From Patescibacteria group bacterium (lineage in GTDB: Bacteria; Patescibacteriota; Patescibacteriia; Patescibacteriales; BM507), in NCBI GenBank assembly GCA_027858235.1, contig JAQIDC010000028.1, forward strand, positions 77,184-137,242: 60,059 nucleotides of DNA. The letters are read 5' to 3'. Positions within the stretch are counted from its first letter, which is position 1. The number at the start of each line of letters is the position of its first letter. The notes under the pieces are model-generated. The model saw only the letters and a program-made list of their open reading frames with translations. It was not told the origin of the DNA and did not search any database. The position numbers and the translations under genes are program-made. This document shows, piece after piece, positions 1 to 7,211 of this stretch.

Positions 1-2
1 AG

Positions 3-344
3 GAACACTTCATCGTAATCTATTTATGCCCGTCTCGGAAAAATCCAAAGTGTGAACTGATCAGCCTCGGCACCTTAACCGCCTGTCTTGTACATCCTCG
101 AGAAGTCTTCCATCCTGCTATCAAATACAAATCAACTGATATTATTGTCCTTCACAACCACCCTAGTGGAGATGTCTCCCCCTCTGAAGCTGATATTCAA
201 TTAACTGAGAGATTAAAAAATGCCGGGCAACTGCTCGGCATTAATGTTTTGGATCATGTGATATTTGAAAAAGGAGATCGGTTTTATTCGTTTTGTAATG
301 AAAACCAAATATATAAAAAATATTTACAAAGAAAAACTAATTAA
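3..344 (+). CDS. radC: RadC-like JAB/JAMM domain protein, C-terminal part (5' end outside window)
   Basis: Open frame from the window edge to TAA 342-344. Translation: ...ISLGTLTACLVHPREVFHPAIKYKSTDIIVLHNHPSGDVSPSEADIQLTERLKNAGQLLGINVLDHVIFEKGDRFYSF... HNHPSGD is the RadC/JAMM signature. Not in the ORF track because the start lies outside the window. Confidence 0.8.
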   Translation, partial: EHFIVIYLCPSRKNPKCELISLGTLTACLVHPREVFHPAIKYKSTDIIVLHNHPSGDVSPSEADIQLTERLKNAGQLLGINVLDHVIFEKGDRFYSFCNENQIYKKYLQRKTN

Positions 345-3267
345 AACGCATTGCCTTATCACCATTATAGTCAATCTTAATCTGAGCATCGGTCAAAATA
401 TAATTATATAATCTTATCTCATCAATTTGTCCGTCAAAATACCCAGATCCAATTCGCCCTATTTCCATATCGCTCGCTGTTATGCCAGTATTTGTGGTTA
501 TCAAAATATGATTCCAGGAACCAGCTGTAACTGATCCGCCTGCCGTTGTATTTACATAAATAGACGGACTGGAAAAACCAAATGCGCTCACATTTCCAGA
601 CGATATTGTAACCGTATGCGTACCGCCATCAAAATCTATTATATCTTCAGTCGCACTATCTGGCTTTATCCAAAAACTGATAGTTTTCGTTATTACTCCT
701 GTGTCTCCTATATCAGCATAATCATCTGTACCGTCAAAACTCAAACTTGACTCAAACTTTCCACTTAGTCCATTATACCAGGCACTTACCGCCGACAAAG
801 TTGTGCAGGTGCCGGTAGCAGTTTGAGTTCCTCCTCCACCAACAATCAAACTACCATCATGAGCATTCCCTGAGTAATCGTAAACACTGTTGCCTTGACA
901 TTCGTTAAATTGCCAATATGCGCTTGCCTTCCCTCTATTATAATCCCAAGCTATCTGTGCCGGGGTGCGATCATAATCGTAAAAATAAATATGGTCAATA
1001 AAGCCTTTGAAATAATCGGAGCTAATCCTCCCAATATCAACCGCACTGGCATCGATACCTGTCCCAGTAGTAATAGTCACATAATGCCAATTAGTATCAG
1101 TTGTCGACGATACTACGCTGTCTAAATAAATCGACGGATTGACAAAATTATTTGCTGTCAACTTGCCTGACACCACTTCAATGTTTGCTGTTCCATTCAA
1201 GTCTAACACTTTCTCATTAGCACTGTTCGTTTTTAGCCAAAACGCTATTGTTTTAACTCCGTCATAAGCATTCCCCACAGAAACATAGTCATTGGCACCA
1301 TCAAACTCTAGACAATTACCCAGTTTACATTTATATGCCCCCCACCACTTTGGAGAACTTGCCAAACTTACAAATACTCCGTCACTTCCCTGTCCACTCT
1401 TATCGAAAGTAGTTGTACCAACTTTTTCATCCAATTTTAATTCCAATACCGGTGGATCACAAACAGAGGTGTCACCGGGTACGCAATATTTCCGAGATTT
1501 AGAGTAGCTCGGAGTTTTACCATCCGCTTCAGTAGACACGCTTCCCATTATTACGGCTTTCCCTTGATTTAATTCTATTTTTATATTATCCGTCGTTAGG
1601 GCATAATCCCAAATTTTAACTTCATCTAACAAGCCGGAAAAATAATCATTGCCGACCCGACCAATATCAAAATCATTCACATCGATTTGCTCAGAACTCA
1701 CAATAACAACATGATGCCAAGCAGTGTCAATGACGGAAGATTCAAATCCGTCAACATAAATTGTAGTGCTTGAAAATCCATTTGCCTGGATAGAACCTGA
1801 ATTTAAAGTGACAGTATGCGTTCCATTATCAAAATCCATCACACTGTCCGTCAAAGCATTTGCCTTAATCCAAAAACCAAACGCTGTAGAGCTAGCTTGA
1901 TTTATATCTCCCACATCAATCCAATCATCAGTTCCGTCGAATTCTACCGCACCATCCATTTTTCCATTTTGACTCCACATATCAACAGCCGATGTGTTGC
2001 TTCCGCTGGTCGAGGCAATCAACGATCCGTTTTTACCATTTAAACTAAAATCGTGACACAAGGAACCATAACCCTCATTAAAATTCCAATGTGCCACTGG
2101 AGCGCTCCCTTTAGTGCCGTTTAACATATAAGCACTATAAGAATATAAACCTATTGATTTTAATACTGGCGAGTAGCTATTGTCATTTACCAATGAAAAT
2201 TTTAGCTTATAGTAAAAGTTTGTTTCGCCACCCCAATTCAGCCCAGACAGACTGACTGCCCGACCAGCTGTTATGTTGTCACCAAAAGATAAATCATCCC
2301 AAGACCAGGCTGTGCCATCTGACGAATACCAATTACTGCCATCACTGGAAAACTGTGCTTTGACACTCGCCCCATACGGCATGTACGAAATCGCATATCC
2401 AAACCACTCATAACCGGTTAGTGGATCGGTAGTGGACGCCAAAAAATCCGATGAAACAAGAACACCAGTCCAATTATAATCTGAGCCGGTGAGCGGTGGA
2501 GCATCCGTACCATCATAAACTACACGTGCCTCAGTAAGCTTTGGCTGAACGGCTGGATCAATCATCGCTTCCAGACGTATTTTATAATAAAAACTGGCAC
2601 CGATCCAAGAAAGACCGGTCAAATCGATATTGTTGTCACCGTCACTCAAATCTGTCCAAGCGCCCTTTGTTCCACTGGCCGAATAAAAAGAAGATTTGTC
2701 CTGAGAAAAAGTAACCCGCGCCATTGATCCGGATGGCAAAGAAGTGGTAGCGTAAAAATTTGTAATCGAATTAACAGTAGCGCCTGATAACAAATTGTTA
2801 GATAAAATTATCCCCCATGAGCCATATCTGCTTGAAGTAGCGGTCGGTACATCTGTGCCGTCATAATTAACTCTTATTTCCCCCACTGTCGGAGTAGAGC
2901 TTGCGTCGGTCGTAGTGAGTTTTAATTTATAAAAAAGTAGCGCCCCAGTCCATGCTAGATCAGACATATCAATAATTGTTGTTCCGCTTGCAACATCTGT
3001 CCAAGCGCCTTTGGTACTTGAAGCGTTATAATACACAGTTTTATCTTGAGAAAAACTGATTGCCACGCTTGTTGAGGCTGGAATAGAAGCTGTAACATGA
3101 AAATTGTTAATATCACTTATGTCAGCTCCCGACAAAACATTATTTGACTTGAGTATTCCGCTTGCATAATAGCTTTCTGCCTTAGCTGAATTACAAGCAA
3201 AAACACCGACCAAAATTGTCAGGCTAAAAAAAACTCCTAAAAATGTAAATATTTTTAATTTATGCAT
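337..3267 (-). CDS. Secreted/anchored surface protein: three N-terminal ~110-aa tandem repeats plus three LamG (concanavalin-like lectin) modules
   Basis: 976-aa ORF with an N-terminal hydrophobic segment (IFTFLGVFFSLTILVGVFA). Three repeats: ..FSQDKTVYYNASSTKGAWTD.. / ..FSQDKSSFYSASGTKGAWTD.. / ..FSSDGSNWYSSDGTAWSWDD.. Three LamG-like modules: FDGTDDWIDVGD...LLDEVKIWDYALT; FDGANDYVSVGN...FIDHIYFYDYDRT; FDGTDDYADIGD...QIDEIRLYNYILT. Starts 12 nt after the RT stop on the same strand. Confidence 0.75.
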   Translation of the reverse strand: MHKLKIFTFLGVFFSLTILVGVFACNSAKAESYYASGILKSNNVLSGADISDINNFHVTASIPASTSVAISFSQDKTVYYNASSTKGAWTDVASGTTIIDMSDLAWTGALLFYKLKLTTTDASSTPTVGEIRVNYDGTDVPTATSSRYGSWGIILSNNLLSGATVNSITNFYATTSLPSGSMARVTFSQDKSSFYSASGTKGAWTDLSDGDNNIDLTGLSWIGASFYYKIRLEAMIDPAVQPKLTEARVVYDGTDAPPLTGSDYNWTGVLVSSDFLASTTDPLTGYEWFGYAISYMPYGASVKAQFSSDGSNWYSSDGTAWSWDDLSFGDNITAGRAVSLSGLNWGGETNFYYKLKFSLVNDNSYSPVLKSIGLYSYSAYMLNGTKGSAPVAHWNFNEGYGSLCHDFSLNGKNGSLIASTSGSNTSAVDMWSQNGKMDGAVEFDGTDDWIDVGDINQASSTAFGFWIKANALTDSVMDFDNGTHTVTLNSGSIQANGFSSTTIYVDGFESSVIDTAWHHVVIVSSEQIDVNDFDIGRVGNDYFSGLLDEVKIWDYALTTDNIKIELNQGKAVIMGSVSTEADGKTPSYSKSRKYCVPGDTSVCDPPVLELKLDEKVGTTTFDKSGQGSDGVFVSLASSPKWWGAYKCKLGNCLEFDGANDYVSVGNAYDGVKTIAFWLKTNSANEKVLDLNGTANIEVVSGKLTANNFVNPSIYLDSVVSSTTDTNWHYVTITTGTGIDASAVDIGRISSDYFKGFIDHIYFYDYDRTPAQIAWDYNRGKASAYWQFNECQGNSVYDYSGNAHDGSLIVGGGGTQTATGTCTTLSAVSAWYNGLSGKFESSLSFDGTDDYADIGDTGVITKTISFWIKPDSATEDIIDFDGGTHTVTISSGNVSAFGFSSPSIYVNTTAGGSVTAGSWNHILITTNTGITASDMEIGRIGSGYFDGQIDEIRLYNYILTDAQIKIDYNGDKAMRFN

Positions 3268-3279
3268 TTATATAAACTT

Positions 3280-4446
3280 TCATTTTTTCAATTTTAAATA
3301 ACTTATTTTTTTGTCCGAATTCAGAAAATTCTTAAACACACCCAAATGATTCTCAAAAATGTCTTTTTTAAGATTAAAGCAATACGAGTGGCTGAAATGT
3401 CCATAATATGAATTAATCTGGGACAAAATATCAACCAAATCTTCTTTTTCAACTCTCCTGTTATCTTTAAATATTTTATTTGCCTGATACAGCTTATTCT
3501 TTAAGCGCCGAACCACTTTTTGCCTGGATAATATTAAATTCGGCTTGATAAAATAACCGATAAAATCAATCCCTTTTTTTATAGATTGTATCTTGGTTTT
3601 ATTCTTGTTAAGCGACATCCCCAAAGTCTTGCTTAAAAATATATCGATCTCTACTCGCCACTTTTTAAGCTGATCGCAGTTTTCGTGAAGCAGAATAAAA
3701 TCATCTACATAACGGATATAATAACGACATTTTAATGTTCTTTTTACAAAATAATCCAATTCATTCAAATAAAGATTGGCAAAAAACTGTGATGAATAAT
3801 TACCAATCGGCAAGCCCCTGAATTCATCTTGATGCAGTAGTGATTTATGCGGTGGTATTAAGCTAAATAAAGTTCGGTCACCCTTGGCATAATAATTATC
3901 TTTCGGTCGGTGGAATATAATCGTTTTAGCTAGCCACAACACATCTTCTTGCCATTTTTTACTCCGTTTATGTTTCATGATTAGCCTTTCGGCCAACTTG
4001 AATAAAATCCGCTGATCAATAGACATAAAAAACCCTCTGATATCCAACTGAGCGTAAAAAATTTCTTTCTTATGATTAACTGTAATCTGCCGAATAAAAT
4101 CTCGTAATCTTTTGATTGCACGATGCGTGCCTTTTCCTGGACGACAGGCAAAGGAATCATGAATAAAAATCCGTTCTCCTTTATCTATAATTTCTCTGAT
4201 TAGCAAGTGGTGGACGATTCTATCTCGAAAATCAGCTGCGAATATTTCCCTTGGTACTGGCCTGGTAACCACAAAGCAGATTGATCGTCCGGGTCGATAA
4301 ACTCTAGCTTTCAATTCACTCAAAAGTAAATCAAGGTTTTTCTCATAATCCCACTCAAACTTTAAAGCATTGATCGTCTTTCTCTTAGTCTTCCGGCAAT
4401 CAAGATAAGCTTGAAATAGCTTAGTATAGGTAAACATTTCATTCAT
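3280..4446 (-). CDS. Diversity-generating retroelement (DGR) reverse transcriptase
   Basis: 388-aa ORF with RT motifs, including PIGNYSSQ (DGR-type [ILV]GxxxSQ) and a YVDD catalytic box. ATGA start/stop overlap with the upstream avd-like ORF. A TR/VR pair lies immediately upstream. Confidence 0.9.
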   Translation of the reverse strand: MNEMFTYTKLFQAYLDCRKTKRKTINALKFEWDYEKNLDLLLSELKARVYRPGRSICFVVTRPVPREIFAADFRDRIVHHLLIREIIDKGERIFIHDSFACRPGKGTHRAIKRLRDFIRQITVNHKKEIFYAQLDIRGFFMSIDQRILFKLAERLIMKHKRSKKWQEDVLWLAKTIIFHRPKDNYYAKGDRTLFSLIPPHKSLLHQDEFRGLPIGNYSSQFFANLYLNELDYFVKRTLKCRYYIRYVDDFILLHENCDQLKKWRVEIDIFLSKTLGMSLNKNKTKIQSIKKGIDFIGYFIKPNLILSRQKVVRRLKNKLYQANKIFKDNRRVEKEDLVDILSQINSYYGHFSHSYCFNLKKDIFENHLGVFKNFLNSDKKISYLKLKK

Positions 4447-4841
4447 ATATCTGGTTGCTGATCGACTGAATTATTGCATGGATTTTGGATTTTTTCCGCC
4501 CATTTTAGCCAGCCTCCGATCATTTCACCGATCTCCTTTAAATAACAGCCGTGGAGATGAACGAATTGCTTTTGCGAAATTATATTCAACTCCTGCATCA
4601 TACGCAAGCGTAGTTTTAGTTTGTCAAAACATGAACTCAGACAAAGTATTCTTTCATGTTTTTTTAAATTTTCAAGAACATTAATATCAAACACCAAATC
4701 CAAACACTGCCAACATAAAGTCAACGCGTCCTCGGCCAACGAATATTTGTATTGCTTTGGTGTATTTTGGAATATTTTGTATAGTATTTTTATCAATTGA
4801 TATAACTTACGATACAAAGGTAATTTATTTTGATGAAACAT
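4443..4841 (-). CDS. avd: DGR accessory variability determinant (Avd-like helical protein)
   Basis: 132-aa ORF between TR and RT, translationally coupled to RT (ATGA). Size and position are typical of Avd four-helix-bundle proteins. Called from context; homology cannot be verified here. Confidence 0.75.
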   Translation of the reverse strand: MFHQNKLPLYRKLYQLIKILYKIFQNTPKQYKYSLAEDALTLCWQCLDLVFDINVLENLKKHERILCLSSCFDKLKLRLRMMQELNIISQKQFVHLHGCYLKEIGEMIGGWLKWAEKIQNPCNNSVDQQPDI

Positions 4842-4908
4842 GGAAATTTTGCTGGAAACCCGGCTTCCACAGATGAAACCAGGTTATCCATTTGAGCTAA
4901 AATTGATT

Positions 4909-5039
4909 ACCCTCGGACACAACGCACTGAGTTGCTATTCGTCTTATTGTTGTTGTTCGTATTGCCGTCTGTGAAGTTCACGTTCCGGGCGTTCGTGTCA
5001 GAGTTCTCAGTACTAGACCAGTGGTTGCCCGTCCCAAAA
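4909..5039 (-). repeat. DGR template repeat (TR)
   Basis: 131 nt, gap-free alignment with 5290-5420 at a constant offset of 381. The coding-strand reading contains 12 AAY codons (FGTGNHWSSTENSDTNARNVNFTDGNTNNNNKTNSNSVRCVRG). Non-coding location, 67 nt upstream of avd. Confidence 0.9.
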
Positions 5040-5083
5040 CATATATCCCTGCACTAATTAATTCTCCGCTAGTCTGATTCCAT

Positions 5084-5099
5084 AATTTGCATGCAAATT
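5084..5099. promoter_or_regulatory. Perfect 16-bp palindrome AATTTGCATGCAAATT upstream of TR
   Basis: Read directly in the TR-VR spacer, 45 nt upstream (minus-strand sense) of the TR 5' end. Any operator or promoter role is inference. Confidence 0.3.
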
Positions 5100-5284
5100 C
5101 GGGTTAAAGACTGGCTGACTTACAATACTCCCCGTAAAAAAGGAGTGGCAGGAATCGTGGTAAATTTTAGCGCTCACTCCCGCAAAAGTCTTTTTATAAA
5201 AAAGCGCTTTTACGGCTCTGGCAAAATATCCAAATTTTTCAAATTACAAATTAAAAAAATTCCAAATTACCAAATATCCCAATT

Positions 5285-5974
5285 CTACCACCCTCGGACA
5301 CAACGCACTGAGTAGCTAGTCGTCTTACCGTAGTAGTCCGTATAGCCGTCTGTGAAGACCACGAGCCGGGCGTACGTGTCAGAGGCCTCAGTACTAGACC
5401 AGTGGGCGCCCGTCCCAAAATTACCATTAAAACTAGCCTGATTAGCGTAAATACACTGCAATTCAGAAACAGTCGGCAATCGGCCACCGATATTCTTGCA
5501 TGCCTGCCTAGCTGGATAATCTGTATAATTTATCGTATTATCCGCATCTAGATTATCTCCATCCTGTCCGCCATCTTGTAGACACTCAGGTAGATCACAA
5601 GCCGTATTGGCATTCTTCCATTGTTTTGTTCCGCTTATAGTTGTCGAGGCGACAACAATATACGCACCATCGCCGAAATCATTCTCGCAAACATCATCCG
5701 AAGCACAAATCCAAACAGCACTATCACATGTACGTACCGAAAGTTTAACCTCTCCGGCACCTGTATCAACATCTACCTGCCAAGTGTCAGATACCCGAGA
5801 TGTATCAGTAAAACTGTCAATCAATTCGCCGGCCAAAGCTACAAAACTTTTACCCCAAATAAAAATCACGAGTGTTAAAAGCAATATGCCCACAATTGCA
5901 ATTTTTGTTTTCTTGCTTGTAATAAAAAATTTTCTCAAAAAACCAACATCTGTATCTTTCTTGGCTTTATTCAT
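5285..5974 (-). CDS. DGR target protein: membrane-anchored, DUF1566/C-type-lectin-fold-like C-terminus carrying the VR
   Basis: 229 aa. K-rich N-terminus plus one TM helix (IAIVGILLLTLVIFIW). The C-terminus ..GGRLPTVSELQCIY..HWSSTEASD..SVRCVRGW resembles known DGR variable proteins. The last 44 codons coincide with the VR. Confidence 0.85.
   Translation of the reverse strand: MNKAKKDTDVGFLRKFFITSKKTKIAIVGILLLTLVIFIWGKSFVALAGELIDSFTDTSRVSDTWQVDVDTGAGEVKLSVRTCDSAVWICASDDVCENDFGDGAYIVVASTTISGTKQWKNANTACDLPECLQDGGQDGDNLDADNTINYTDYPARQACKNIGGRLPTVSELQCIYANQASFNGNFGTGAHWSSTEASDTYARLVVFTDGYTDYYGKTTSYSVRCVRGW
5290..5420 (-). repeat. DGR variable repeat (VR) at the 3' end of the target gene
   Basis: 17 mismatches to TR. 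All are at plus-strand T of TR (coding-strand A), substituted by A, C or G. All other bases are identical. Confidence 0.9.
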
Positions 5975-6202
5975 ATATTTTATACTTACTTCGCACTGAA
6001 AAAAATTAATTTTACAGTAAACAAAATTATATTATATATTTTTAATTATTTACTTATTTTATAATATTATTATACAACTATTTAATTTTTATTTCAAACC
6101 CTAGCAAATTCATAAACGGCCAACAGCGAAAGCAAAAGATGAAAATATCAAAAAAATTCTTCATAGGTTATTTGCTTTGTATTTGGCATATATTTAAATT
6201 AT

Positions 6203-6601
6203 TTATAATTCTCCTGACTCAATCAATCGCTTCAATATATTAGGCTCTGACTTAAGATTGATTAATATAATTTTATCTTTAGCATTATGTTTAGCTAGAA
6301 CATCCAGCTCAGCTTGCATTGTATAATCATCCAGCCAACGAAAGTCTTGACTATAATCAATTGCTTCGGTTTTAAGAGTATTCCAATCTGTAACTTTAAT
6401 CTTATTAAGAGTGGATAAAGAAGACTCTGGTAATTTATCAGAAAGATGAAATTTAGCATTATTCTCTTGACCACGACAATGAGTCGTTAACCAAAAAACA
6501 TTATGATGATTAGTTATATAATCCAAAAATTCCGCTACACATTCTGCGGGTTTCCCGTCTTTTGTAATTAATACTCCATCAATGTCTAAATATATATTCA
6601 T
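6203..6601 (-). CDS. HAD-superfamily-like small hydrolase
   Basis: 132 aa. N-terminal YLDIDGVL (HAD motif I, DxDG), WLTT and WLDD motifs further on. Confidence 0.5.
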   Translation of the reverse strand: MNIYLDIDGVLITKDGKPAECVAEFLDYITNHHNVFWLTTHCRGQENNAKFHLSDKLPESSLSTLNKIKVTDWNTLKTEAIDYSQDFRWLDDYTMQAELDVLAKHNAKDKIILINLKSEPNILKRLIESGEL

Positions 6602-6607
6602 TAATAA

Positions 6608-7201
6608 TTATTTATATAATTCAATTCCGCCTCTGTGACTTGGAAAATTACCCGAATTGGAAAATGCCCACAAAAATGCATTAGACAAGATTTTCCCGTT
6701 TTTCTTGCCGGTAAACTGATAATCACATTCAGGTATAATTTTAAGTTGTTTTTTTTGTGGCTGAATTACTTTCATCAAAACAAAACTTAGCAATCTCTCC
6801 TGTGCCAATTTCATCATCCGCTCCAGCTACTAAATATATCTCTCTCGCATAATTTCGTAATCCCCTGACCACATTCTCCTTGTTTACACTATCGGCTGGT
6901 GCGACAAGTAAAACCTTTTTTAATTTATAAAATTCTTCCAATATAATTGCTATAGCACTTGCCCCAGCTGAAACACCAGCTAAGCTCACCTCTATTTCCT
7001 TGCTCCCAATGATAGTTTCTGCATACGGCAAATTAGTAGAGCAATATTTATTATCTATCCTTATTACTGTAGCGATATTCTTCGCCTGGAGCATGTTGGC
7101 CAATTTTGTATATTTACGATTATACCCCTCAATACTTCCATCAGCTCCTGGATAAAAAATAATAACTGATTTATTTTCTGGTTATGTGTATTAATAAACA
7201 T
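6608..7201 (-). pseudogene. Decayed alpha/beta-hydrolase gene (at least two frame disruptions)
   Basis: Three frame pieces. MFINTHNQKI.. starts at the ATG at 7201. KSVIIFYPGADGS...GVSAGAS (GxSxG nucleophile elbow)...LVAGADDE is the track ORF 6741-7103. ..KQLKIIPECDYQF... is the track ORF 6608-6817. The last junction lies in an A8 run (plus-strand T8, 6749-6756). Deleting one A would fuse the two frames. Confidence 0.5.
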
Positions 7202-7211
7202 ACTTAATTGG

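Noticed and set aside
337-3267. The LamG protein as a second DGR target
   Set aside because: I found no segment resembling the TR (for example ...CCGTCTGTGAAG... or GTCCCAAAA) in this gene by eye, and its C-terminus is a LamG module, not a CLec/DUF1566 fold. A computational relaxed alignment is still advisable.
3280-4446. Reading the RT as a retron or group II intron reverse transcriptase
   Set aside because: The RT is flanked by an Avd-size ORF and a TR/VR pair with adenine-only mismatches. It carries the DGR-type IGxxxSQ motif. I saw no msr/msd-like inverted repeats, intron RNA domains or maturase/endonuclease extension.
5091-5487. Track ORFs 5091-5315 (+) and 5251-5487 (-) across the TR-VR spacer and the VR
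   Set aside because: They overlap the VR or target frame, or run through the non-coding spacer. The VR is in frame with the 229-aa target, whose C-terminal RCVRGW matches DGR targets, so these ORFs are artefacts.
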